Of a stretch of DNA of 63,952 nucleotides, positions 28,839 through 37,808 are shown in pieces. The number at the start of each line of letters is the position of its first letter. Within the stretch, counting starts at the first letter, position 1. A model generated the notes under the pieces. The model made no database searches and was not told the origin of the DNA. It saw only the letters and a list, made by a program, of their open reading frames with translations. The translations under genes and the position numbers were made by a program. Source of the stretch: an uncultured Chitinophaga sp. (GTDB lineage: Bacteria; Bacteroidota; Bacteroidia; 2-12-FULL-35-15). The stretch lies in the NCBI GenBank assembly GCA_964456225.1, contig CAYWAV010000010.1, positions 1-63,952 of the forward strand, written 5' to 3'.

Positions 28839-29678
28839 TTAATTTTTAATAAACTTTTTAGTAATTACACTTTTATCTGTTTGTATGTTCAATACATACA
28901 CACCGCTCGGCAAATCAGCGATATCAAAATTTTGAGTTTGAGAAAAAGTTTCATAGCTAATGGATTTAAGTCGTTTACCTGTGATATCATATAAGTCAAG
29001 AGATTTAATTTCAGCTCTAACATCTAGCGATTCGATGTTAATGTTGTCTGAAGCAGGATTGGGATAAACAATCCAGCTATCTGCATTATTAGCAATATCC
29101 ATTATGCCGGCAGTTAAATTTTCTTGAATCAATAAACTTGTTAAAAATACCTGATCACCGGAATTAGATCCATTTCCATTTGCAGCAACAAAAGCACCAT
29201 ATAATATTGCATTGCCACTTCCTGCAACTGGAGCAATCCAATTGAACGTCCACGTTTTTGTTCCTGTTCCGGTAGTGCCTCCTGTTTTATGCGTAATATA
29301 TTTTCCTGTTGTTCCGATTAATTTTGTTTCTATCGCATTTGTAACAACAAGTGTCCCTTTTTGAGTAGCTGTTGTCCCTTGAGGAGATACTTGAAAACCA
29401 TACTTATTGATGCCAGCAGCAGAAATTGTTGCAGTAATGGTATAAGTCGTTCCAGGAATATAACCAGTTACAGGCACATTGCTTGTAATTGAGCCTCCTG
29501 AAGACGCAAGCGCTCCGGTATGACATCCGACACAATTTGCTCCATCACCTGGAGAACCAGTTCTTGCTATTGGTGCACCTCCAGCATTACTATGCGCTGT
29601 AGAAGTAAAATCTGTAATACAAATTGTTCCTATTGCAACTGCAAAAACAGATACGATGGTTTTTTTATAAATGTTCAT
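28839..29678 (-). CDS. Reeler-like (choice-of-anchor V) domain protein with CxxCH and T9SS type A CTD
   Basis: TGSPGDGANCVGCH, GFQVS, WTFNWIAP, ANGNGSNSGD; VYPNPA CTD. Confidence 0.82.
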   Translation of the reverse strand: MNIYKKTIVSVFAVAIGTICITDFTSTAHSNAGGAPIARTGSPGDGANCVGCHTGALASSGGSITSNVPVTGYIPGTTYTITATISAAGINKYGFQVSPQGTTATQKGTLVVTNAIETKLIGTTGKYITHKTGGTTGTGTKTWTFNWIAPVAGSGNAILYGAFVAANGNGSNSGDQVFLTSLLIQENLTAGIMDIANNADSWIVYPNPASDNINIESLDVRAEIKSLDLYDITGKRLKSISYETFSQTQNFDIADLPSGVYVLNIQTDKSVITKKFIKN

Positions 29679-29739
29679 AGTCTATAAATTAGGATACAAA
29701 GTTAGTTGTCTTAAATTGAAGGTAAATGGACAAAAAATG

Positions 29740-30609
29740 TCAATGCTGGTACTTTTCACGGATTTCTTTCCGAAAAGCTTCCGGAGATAGGCCGGTATTG
29801 GATTTGAAGAAACGACTAAAATAAGAAGGGTCGTTAAAGTTTAATTCATAAGCCAACTCTTTTGCACTAATTGAAGAATGCAATAATCTTCGTTTCGCCT
29901 CCAATATCAACCGTTGATGAATAATATCTCCAGCCGTTTTCCCTGTCACTTTTTTAATGGTTTCACTCAAATGATTGGGAGTTACATTTAATAAGTCGGC
30001 ATACTCGTTTACTTTATGATTTTGTATAAAATGTTCCTCCACTAAATTATTAAACTTTTGCAAAAGCTCCTGTGATGAGCTATCTGTTCGTTTGTAATCA
30101 GATGTTTCTGTAATAATTGTTTTGCTTTTTAAAAGTATGATAGAAATATAAGAGCCTAAAATATTTTCCTTGTAAGTATTGTTTTTTTCGTATTCCGAAA
30201 TCATCATCAATAGCATGTTTTCCATATCAGCAAACATTTCCTTGTCGGGATTCAGAATTGGAGAAACACTTTTATTAAATACAGGAAAATCGTTAAAAAT
30301 GTATTTGTCAGCACTATTGAGAATAACAATTTCCTTTGTAAATAGAATAACATAACCATCAGTGCCATCAATGGAATTAAGCGAATGAACTTGTCCTTCT
30401 GAAACAAAATGCAAACTATTATCTTCAATCGGATAATAATTAAAATCGATCATGTGTTCTCCTCCACCTTTCGTAAACAAAAACACTTGAAAACAATTAT
30501 GCCGATGTGCGTCATCTGTACCGTGTCCACCCGTGAAATTAAGTCTTGCTACTTTGCAAGGCATAATATTCGTTTGTATTAGTTGGTGTGATGGAATTTC
30601 GTTTGGCAT
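29740..30609 (-). CDS. AraC family transcriptional regulator
   Basis: Cupin HRH motif; YADLLNVTPNHLS...KELAYELNFNDPSYFSRFFK...SPEAFR double HTH. Confidence 0.95.
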   Translation of the reverse strand: MPNEIPSHQLIQTNIMPCKVARLNFTGGHGTDDAHRHNCFQVFLFTKGGGEHMIDFNYYPIEDNSLHFVSEGQVHSLNSIDGTDGYVILFTKEIVILNSADKYIFNDFPVFNKSVSPILNPDKEMFADMENMLLMMISEYEKNNTYKENILGSYISIILLKSKTIITETSDYKRTDSSSQELLQKFNNLVEEHFIQNHKVNEYADLLNVTPNHLSETIKKVTGKTAGDIIHQRLILEAKRRLLHSSISAKELAYELNFNDPSYFSRFFKSNTGLSPEAFRKEIREKYQH

Positions 30610-30611
30610 AC

Positions 30612-31373
30612 TTACAAATTGATTTTTAGTCCATCATAAGCAATTTCAATAGTACTTGGAAGCTCTTTCAGAACATCTGAATGCAAACCTAACTGATGAC
30701 TAATATGAGTAAAATAAGCTTTTTCGGGTTTCAATTCTTTTACCAATTCTATTGCTTCTTCCAATGTAAAATGCGAAATATGGGCTTCTCTTCTAAGTGC
30801 ATTTAACACCAATACTTTTGAGTTTTTTAATTTTTCTTTTTCCACATCGGAAATATAATTCGCATCTGTGATATAAGAGAAATCACCAATCCGAAAACCA
30901 AATACAGGTAATTTATAATGCATCACTTCTATCGGAAGTATTTCTACACCTTCAATAATTATTTTTTTGTTTTCTAAAAGATGAAGATTTACTTCTGGTA
31001 TTCCTGGATATTTTGTTCCATCAAAAACATAAGGATACTCTCTTTTGATAGCTTCTTGCACACGGTCGGATGCATACACTTCCATCTTTTTTTTGTTGAT
31101 GAAATTAAAAGCTCTAATATCATCAAAACCCGCAGTATGATCTTTGTGTTCGTGTGTAAAAATAATGGCATCCATTTGTTTCACATTTTCACGAAGCATT
31201 TGTTGGCGAAAATCTGGACCGGTATCTATTACAAATGTTTTATTATTTGTTTCTATTAGAATAGATGTGCGCAAACGTTTATCACGGGAATCAGTTGAAC
31301 CACATACATTACATGGACATGCAATGATGGGTACACCTTGAGAAGTTCCTGTTCCTAAAAAAGTTATTTGCAC
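30612..31373 (-). CDS. MBL-fold metallo-hydrolase (PhnP-like)
   Basis: LGTGTSQGVP, CxCxxC, DTGPDFRQQ, THEHKDH, THISH motifs. Confidence 0.92.
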   Translation of the reverse strand: MQITFLGTGTSQGVPIIACPCNVCGSTDSRDKRLRTSILIETNNKTFVIDTGPDFRQQMLRENVKQMDAIIFTHEHKDHTAGFDDIRAFNFINKKKMEVYASDRVQEAIKREYPYVFDGTKYPGIPEVNLHLLENKKIIIEGVEILPIEVMHYKLPVFGFRIGDFSYITDANYISDVEKEKLKNSKVLVLNALRREAHISHFTLEEAIELVKELKPEKAYFTHISHQLGLHSDVLKELPSTIEIAYDGLKINL

Positions 31374-31412
31374 TGTATTTAAATTATTTTTGAAAAGCTA
31401 AGTTAATAAAAA

Positions 31413-31438
31413 AGTCCCGAGTAGACTACTCGAGACTC
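31413..31438 (-). terminator. Probable terminator downstream of the cysteine desulfurase
   Basis: agtc-c-cgagtag/ctactcg-a-gact hairpin; T tract on the minus strand. Confidence 0.55.
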
Positions 31439-31459
31439 TCACAATCAGTTATATTCTGA

Positions 31460-32605
31460 TTAATTATTTACGGGTACTTTTACACCGTATATTTCTTTCA
31501 AGGCATTTACGGCCACATCTACTTCTGCCTTTGTATTGTTTTTACAAAAAGAAAAACGAACAGAAGGACGAGTTACATCCGCTCCAATTCCACGCAAAAC
31601 ATGTGAACCTACATCACTTCCTGATGTGCAAGCGCTTCCACCCGATGCAGAAATTCCTTTTATATCTAAATCAAACAATAACATTTCTGCTTTATCGGTA
31701 TGAGGTAAACAAACACTTAAAACAGTATATAAACAATTATCTGTGCAAGAACCATTAAATTCTACTCCCGGAATACTTGCTTTTAATTGTTCAACAAAAT
31801 AAGTTTTCAAATCAGTGATGTGTTTTTGATGTTCATGCAAATCGCGCATTGCAATTTCCATCGCTTTTCCTAAACCTACAATTCCATAAAGATTTTCTGT
31901 GCCGCCACGCATGTTGCGTTCCTGAGCTCCACCATAAATCAATGGATTGATTTTTATTTTCCCATTCACATACAAGAAGCCAACTCCTTTTGGGCCATGA
32001 AATTTATGTGCCGCACAAGTAATAAAATGCACATTTATTTTTTGCAAATCCATTTCATAATGTCCCATGGTTTGAACAGTATCCGAATGAAAAACAGCAT
32101 CGTACTTCGCACAAATTTCTCCAACTTTTTCCAATGAAATCAAATTACCAATTTCGTTATTTGCATGCATCAAGGAAACCAAAGTTCTTTCATTTTCGCT
32201 TAGCAATTGGTCGAGGTGATTTAAATCAATATGACCATCAGGGGTCGTATTAACAAAACTCAATTTTATTTTTCCTTCATGCTCCAACGTTTCCAATGTA
32301 TGCAATACCGCGTGATGCTCAATTTTACTAGTGATAGCATGCTTTATTCCTAAATCATGAACACTACAACGGATAGCCATATTGTCTGCTTCGGTTCCAC
32401 CGGAAGTAAAAAATATTTCAGAAGGAGATGCATTTAATGTTTTGGCAACAATTTTTCTTGCACCTTCTATAGCAGCACGTGTTTTTCTTCCATAAGAATG
32501 GATAGAAGAAGGATTTCCGTAATGCTCAGTCATGTAGGGTAACATAGCATCTAATACTTCTTTATCAAGTGCTGTTGTAGCTGCGTTGTCAAAATAAATT
32601 TTCAT
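31460..32605 (-). CDS. iscS: Cysteine desulfurase (IscS/NifS class V aminotransferase)
   Basis: YFDNAATT, GNPSSIH, TSGGTEA, HKFHGPKG (PLP Lys), SGGSACTSG (catalytic Cys). Confidence 0.93.
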   Translation of the reverse strand: MKIYFDNAATTALDKEVLDAMLPYMTEHYGNPSSIHSYGRKTRAAIEGARKIVAKTLNASPSEIFFTSGGTEADNMAIRCSVHDLGIKHAITSKIEHHAVLHTLETLEHEGKIKLSFVNTTPDGHIDLNHLDQLLSENERTLVSLMHANNEIGNLISLEKVGEICAKYDAVFHSDTVQTMGHYEMDLQKINVHFITCAAHKFHGPKGVGFLYVNGKIKINPLIYGGAQERNMRGGTENLYGIVGLGKAMEIAMRDLHEHQKHITDLKTYFVEQLKASIPGVEFNGSCTDNCLYTVLSVCLPHTDKAEMLLFDLDIKGISASGGSACTSGSDVGSHVLRGIGADVTRPSVRFSFCKNNTKAEVDVAVNALKEIYGVKVPVNN

Positions 32606-32774
32606 CTTAAAGAACTATTTATCGGTTTGTGATTATCTTTTAGTTCGGATAGCTAATCTTTACGCATTTTACAAATCAGTGTATTCTAAAATATTCTATT
32701 AATACGATTCGTAATATTCGTTTTTTTATTCGTTAGCTGTAAAAAGTACAAATATAAATTTATTGGCGAATCAC

Positions 32775-34208
32775 CTAAGCAGTAATTTGCTGCATTTTTA
32801 TGAATTCACGGATATCAGCCATTATTTTTTTAGCGAGATTATCAGCTGTGGTTTCACTTTCACTTTCCGAATAAATTCTAATAATCGGTTCAGTATTTGA
32901 TCTGCGTAAATGCACCCATTCTTTATCAAATTCTATCTTCACACCATCAATTGTATTTATGGGCTGTTTTTTATATTTTTCTTGAATACTTTCTAAAATA
33001 GCGTCCACATTAATCTCAGGAGTCAACTCTATTTTATTTTTAGAAATATGATAATCCGGATAGCTGGAACGAAGCATGGAGCAACTCTTTCCGTATTTTG
33101 CCAAATGAGATAAGAACAAGGCTATTCCTACCAAAGCATCTCTTCCATAATGCAATTCAGGCAAAATGATTCCACCATTTCCTTCACCACCAATGATTGC
33201 ATTGGTTTCTTTCATCATTTTTACAACGTTTACTTCGCCTACAGCAGAAGCGCTGTATTTTCCATTGTGTTTTTCAGTCACATCACGTAAAGCACGTGTA
33301 GAAGACAGATTTGAAACGGTATTTCCTTTTTTGCCTGATGCTTTTTCTGCCGGACTTCTCATATTTAAAACATATTCAGCACAAGCTACTAACGTGTATT
33401 CTTCGCCAAACATTTCACCATCTTCACAAACCAAAGCCAATCGATCAACATCTGGATCAACCACAATTCCAAGATCAGCTCCTTCTTTTTTTACTGCTTT
33501 CGCTATGTCTCTTAAATTTTCTGGTAGAGGCTCTGGGTTATGAGGGAATTCGCCTGTAGGATCGCAGTATAATTCTACTACCTGATTTACACCCAAAGCT
33601 TTCAATAACAGAGGAAGCACTATTCCACCAGTTGAATTCACACAATCAATCACCACTTTGAAATCTGCTTTTTTTATGGCTTCTACATCTATCAATGACA
33701 GTGCAAGAATTTTATCAATATGTTTTTGAAAATACGTATCGTCTTTCGTTACTTTTCCCAATGCATTTACATCAGCAAAAGTATATTTCTCCTTATCGGC
33801 AATATCAAGCACTTCTGCTCCATCCTGTTCATTAATAAATTCTCCTTTTGCGTTTAATAGTTTCAGAGCATTCCATTGTTTTGGATTATGACTGGCTGTT
33901 AAAATGATTCCACCATCTGCATTTTCTTCAGGGACTGCAATTTCAACAGTAGGCGTTGTTGACAAACCAAGATCTACCACATCCACACCCATGCCTTGCA
34001 ATGTTCCTAAAACAAGGTTATTCACCATTTCACCTGAAATGCGAGCATCTCGACCAACTACAATTTTGATCTTTTTCTTATTTGCGCTGTTTGCAATAAA
34101 AGTGGCAAAAGCAGCAGTGAATTTCACTACGTCAATAGGACTTAATCCCTCGCCCGGTTTCCCTCCAATTGTCCCCCTTATTCCTGAAATCGATTTAATT
34201 AATGTCAT
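32775..34208 (-). CDS. glmM: Phosphoglucosamine mutase (alpha-D-phosphohexomutase)
   Basis: SGIRG, TASHNP, DPDVDR, GEGNGG, SNTEP motifs; substrate assignment inferred from similarity to Bacteroidota GlmM. Confidence 0.8.
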   Translation of the reverse strand: MTLIKSISGIRGTIGGKPGEGLSPIDVVKFTAAFATFIANSANKKKIKIVVGRDARISGEMVNNLVLGTLQGMGVDVVDLGLSTTPTVEIAVPEENADGGIILTASHNPKQWNALKLLNAKGEFINEQDGAEVLDIADKEKYTFADVNALGKVTKDDTYFQKHIDKILALSLIDVEAIKKADFKVVIDCVNSTGGIVLPLLLKALGVNQVVELYCDPTGEFPHNPEPLPENLRDIAKAVKKEGADLGIVVDPDVDRLALVCEDGEMFGEEYTLVACAEYVLNMRSPAEKASGKKGNTVSNLSSTRALRDVTEKHNGKYSASAVGEVNVVKMMKETNAIIGGEGNGGIILPELHYGRDALVGIALFLSHLAKYGKSCSMLRSSYPDYHISKNKIELTPEINVDAILESIQEKYKKQPINTIDGVKIEFDKEWVHLRRSNTEPIIRIYSESESETTADNLAKKIMADIREFIKMQQITA

Positions 34209-34405
34209 AGTGTTGATTATCTAAATTTTAAGGCCACAAAGATACGGGTTTAGTATCTGATTTTAAGTAAATAATTCTAAACAATCAACAGATATCTGTT
34301 CAAAAGTATAGTACATTTTTGCGCATTTTTTAGTACTTTCGCTTTAATTTTAAAAGCAGGGAGAATTGGACCTGTTTTAATTATGAATTTTTAAATTTGA
34401 GATTG

Positions 34406-35818
34406 ATGAGTGAAGATTTTGGAGAAAACGAAAACAAAGGCGCGCAACATCTTTTAATATTGGTTGACCGCTTTGAGGAAATGATTAACAACAACAAACA
34501 ATACTTTTTTGATGCGGAAGAGTTAGAGGAAGTCATTGATTACTATTTTGAAAAAAACAACTCCAAAAGAGCTTTGTCGGCTATCGACTTTGCAATAGGT
34601 CAATATCCTTTCTCCACTGTGTTTTTATTAAGAAAAGCACAAATTTATGCTGCAACCAACCAAAGTCAGAAAGCTCTTGAAATACTTTCCTACGTTGAAA
34701 GTATGGAGCCTTCAAATACCGAATTGTATATGACTAAAGGTTCCATTTACAGTCAAATGGGCCTAACAGATCAAGCCATTGAAAATTTCAAAAAAGCTGC
34801 TGAAAATGCTGAAGATATTGATGAAATATACTTGGCAATGGCATTTGAATTTGAAAACACAGCAAAGTTTGACGATGCAATTTTTTACTTAAAAAAGGCT
34901 TTAACAGAAAATCCGGAAAACGAAGTAGCGCTTTATGAATTAGCATTTTGTTATGAATTAAATGGCCAATCTGAAGAAAGCGTAAAATACTACTCTGATT
35001 TTGTAGACAAACATCCTTATACCGCTACTGCTTGGTTTAATTTAGGCGTTTCCTACAATCGCTTGGGAATGTATGAAAAAGCAATTGATGCTTATGACTA
35101 CTGTATTGCTATTCAAGACGACTTTGCTTCTGCTTATTTCAACAAAGCAAACTCCCTTGCAAATCTAAACCGATTAGATGAGGCTATTGAAGTTTACAAA
35201 GACACCCTAAAGGTTGAAGACCCTGATGCCATTACATTTTATTACATAGGCGAATGTTATGAGAAGAAAGATGATTTTGATCATGCATTGGTTTATTACA
35301 ACAAAGCAATTAAGTTAAACCCTCAATTGGCAGATGCATGGCTTGGTGTTGCCATTGTTTTGGATGCACAGAACAAACCTAGCGAAAGCTTACATTATGC
35401 AAAAAAGGCCGTTGAAATTGACAAGACAAATTCGGAATACTGGTACATTTACGGAGAACTTCAGCAAAAAATGCAATTTTATGAAGATGCCGAATTGTCT
35501 TTCAAAAAAGTAATTGAACTTGACCCAGACAATGCTGAAATATGGTTGGATTATGCGAATTTACTTTTTGAACAAGAAAACAAAAACGGATCTTTAGAAA
35601 TATTGGCAGAAGGAATAAAACATCATCCTCAAAATGCAGAATTACATTATCGCATCTCTGCTTGCCTAATGAGTATCGGTCAAAAGCAAGAGGCATTGAG
35701 TTTTTTGCAAAGTGCGTTAAAATTAAATTATGAAAAACACAACGAATTATTTGAATACCTGCCTCAATTAAAAGAGAATACAAGCATTACTGATTTGATT
35801 GATTCTTATAAGAAATAA
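34406..35818 (+). CDS. Tetratricopeptide repeat protein
   Basis: Many TPR units; ATG at 34406 (track uses TTG 34397). Confidence 0.9.
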   Translation: MSEDFGENENKGAQHLLILVDRFEEMINNNKQYFFDAEELEEVIDYYFEKNNSKRALSAIDFAIGQYPFSTVFLLRKAQIYAATNQSQKALEILSYVESMEPSNTELYMTKGSIYSQMGLTDQAIENFKKAAENAEDIDEIYLAMAFEFENTAKFDDAIFYLKKALTENPENEVALYELAFCYELNGQSEESVKYYSDFVDKHPYTATAWFNLGVSYNRLGMYEKAIDAYDYCIAIQDDFASAYFNKANSLANLNRLDEAIEVYKDTLKVEDPDAITFYYIGECYEKKDDFDHALVYYNKAIKLNPQLADAWLGVAIVLDAQNKPSESLHYAKKAVEIDKTNSEYWYIYGELQQKMQFYEDAELSFKKVIELDPDNAEIWLDYANLLFEQENKNGSLEILAEGIKHHPQNAELHYRISACLMSIGQKQEALSFLQSALKLNYEKHNELFEYLPQLKENTSITDLIDSYKK

Positions 35819-35856
35819 GTGATTAGGTAACCAGGTGATTAAGTAAAAAAGTAATT
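35817..35856. repeat. Octamer-period micro-array starting at the TPR stop codon
   Basis: aagtgatt aggtaacc aggtgatt aagtaaaa aagtaatt. Confidence 0.6.
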
Positions 35857-35896
35857 ATAAAGTATACAGAAATTAAGACATTAGAATTTATAGACT

Positions 35897-36679
35897 ATGA
35901 ATTTTCATTTACCACATATTCCCGAACGTCAAGCTAAGCCTCGCAACAAAGGCTTAACTATGATGATGGACAAAGGCTTGAGTATTCGACAAGCAGAAGA
36001 TTTCTTGTCTGTAAGCGGTCATTTAACAGACATAATCAAATTAGGATTTGGAACTTCTTTTGTAACTCCCAATTTAGAACAAAAAATAAAATTGTATCGA
36101 GATGCAGGCATGAAAGTGTATGTTGGTGGAACATTGTTTGAAGCATTTATTGTTCGTAATATGTTTGACGATTATATGAAGTTGTTAGACAAACTAAAGT
36201 TGGATTGTGCTGAAGTATCTGATGGTTCGATTGTAATGCAACACGATAAAAAATGTGAATACATCAGTAAGCTGTCGAAAAATTTTACTGTTTTTTCGGA
36301 AGTAGGTTCAAAAGAAGCTGGGATTATTATTCATCCGGCAATGTGGACATCCATGATGAATAAAGAATTACAAGCAGGTTCATGGAAAGTAATTGCAGAA
36401 GCTAGAGAAAGTGGAAATGTGGGTATCTATCGTGCAAACGGAAGCGCTCACACACTTCTGATAAATAAAATTTTAGCTAAAGTTGATAAAGATTCTATTC
36501 TTTGGGAAGCACCAATTAAAGCACAACAAGTTTGGTTCCTGAAACTTTTAGGTTCCGATGTCAATCTTGGAAATATTTCTTATGATGACGTAATCCCTTT
36601 GGAAACCTTACGTTTGGGTTTGCGTGGCGATACTTTCTTTAGCCATTTGCCAGCAGAATTAAAAGCAGGATCAGAATAA
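35897..36679 (+). CDS. comA: Phosphosulfolactate synthase (ComA) family protein
   Basis: KLGFGTS, GGTLFE, EVSDG, SEVGSK, AEARESG, WEAP, NLGNI, ETLRLGLRGDT motifs. Confidence 0.9.
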   Translation: MNFHLPHIPERQAKPRNKGLTMMMDKGLSIRQAEDFLSVSGHLTDIIKLGFGTSFVTPNLEQKIKLYRDAGMKVYVGGTLFEAFIVRNMFDDYMKLLDKLKLDCAEVSDGSIVMQHDKKCEYISKLSKNFTVFSEVGSKEAGIIIHPAMWTSMMNKELQAGSWKVIAEARESGNVGIYRANGSAHTLLINKILAKVDKDSILWEAPIKAQQVWFLKLLGSDVNLGNISYDDVIPLETLRLGLRGDTFFSHLPAELKAGSE

Positions 36680-36703
36680 TAGTGAATTTTAAAATAACAT
36701 AAA

Positions 36704-37018
36704 ATGAAAGAAATAACAGTATCCGAATTAAAAAAGTTAAAAGACAGTAGTGCCGAATTTCAATTGATTGATGTTCGTGAAGAACATGAATTGGAAATTT
36801 GTGAAATTGGAGGCATACATATTGCGATGGGCGAAGTGATGGAAAATATTGATAAGATATCAAAAGATAAACAAGTAGTTATTCACTGCAGAAGCGGTGC
36901 TCGTTCCGGAGCAATCTGTCAAGCCTTGGAGGCGAGTGGGTTCAACAATGTCTATAACTTAAAAGGTGGAATCATTGCTTGGTCAACCGAAATAGACCCT
37001 TCTATAACAAAATACTAA
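36704..37018 (+). CDS. Rhodanese-like domain protein
   Basis: LIDVREEHE, HCRSGARS, NLKGGIIAW. Confidence 0.93.
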   Translation: MKEITVSELKKLKDSSAEFQLIDVREEHELEICEIGGIHIAMGEVMENIDKISKDKQVVIHCRSGARSGAICQALEASGFNNVYNLKGGIIAWSTEIDPSITKY

Positions 37019-37020
37019 AC

Positions 37021-37057
37021 CTCTCCCCTTAATCCCCTCTCCACAAGTGAGGGGGCG
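37021..37057. repeat. GC-rich CCCCTCTCC...GAGGGGG hairpin (REP-like or terminator)
   Basis: ctctccccttaatcccctctccacaagtgagggggc immediately after the rhodanese stop. Confidence 0.5.
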
Positions 37058-37091
37058 TTAATTGTTAAAAAATATATAATTATTTCTGCTA

Positions 37092-37730
37092 ATGTTAGAA
37101 CTTTTTAAACACATCCTTCATCTTGATTTTGAATGGTTGTTCCAAAATTACAGTGATGTAGTTTATATCATTTTGTTTCTTATCATTTTTATTGAAACAG
37201 GATTGGTAATTATGCCATTTCTTCCAGGTGATTCACTTTTATTTACAGCAGGCTTGTTTGCGCGATTGGGATATTTAAACATCTCTTATTTATTGCTATT
37301 GCTATTTGCCGCTGCAGTTTTGGGCGACAATACAAATTATTGGATTGGAAGGAAAATTGGACTGAAAGCCTTGCAGTTGAAAATTCGTGGAAAGAAAATA
37401 GTCAAAGAAGAATATTTAACAAAGACACACAGTTTTTTTGATAAATATGGTCCCAAAACCATCATTTTAGCTCGCTTCGTGCCTATTGTAAGGACGTTTG
37501 CTCCTTTTGTAGCGGGCATCGCAGAAATGAACTACAAAAAGTTTTTATATTTTGACGTGTTGGGCGGAGTGATTTGGATTGGCAGTTTAACGCTGGCCGG
37601 CTACTTCCTAGGCGAAATACCTTGGATAAGAGAGAACATAGAAAAGGTTGCTCTGGGTATCATTTTCCTCTCTATACTTCCAGTTATTGTCGAAGTAATG
37701 AAAGCAAAAATGAGCAAAACAAAATCATAG
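37092..37730 (+). CDS. DedA family membrane protein
   Basis: ETGLVIMPFLPGDSLLF, GDNTNYWIG, ARFVPIVRTFAPFVAG motifs. Confidence 0.95.
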   Translation: MLELFKHILHLDFEWLFQNYSDVVYIILFLIIFIETGLVIMPFLPGDSLLFTAGLFARLGYLNISYLLLLLFAAAVLGDNTNYWIGRKIGLKALQLKIRGKKIVKEEYLTKTHSFFDKYGPKTIILARFVPIVRTFAPFVAGIAEMNYKKFLYFDVLGGVIWIGSLTLAGYFLGEIPWIRENIEKVALGIIFLSILPVIVEVMKAKMSKTKS

Positions 37731-37758
37731 AATTATTTTGTTAAATCAAAATATTTTA

Positions 37759-37803
37759 TACCTTTGAGTATAATACCATTTGGTATAATACTATTTAGTA
37801 TAA
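37759..37803 (+). promoter_or_regulatory. -7 box followed by 15-bp tandem repeats (candidate operator) upstream of the ATPase
   Basis: TACCTTTG at 37759-37766, then gtataataccatttg / gtataatactattta / gtataa. Confidence 0.6.
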
Positions 37804-37808
37804 AAAAA

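Noticed and set aside
35897-36679. Coenzyme M biosynthesis pathway
   Set aside because: Only comA is present in the window, and the host is a Bacteroidota with no sign of CoM-dependent metabolism.
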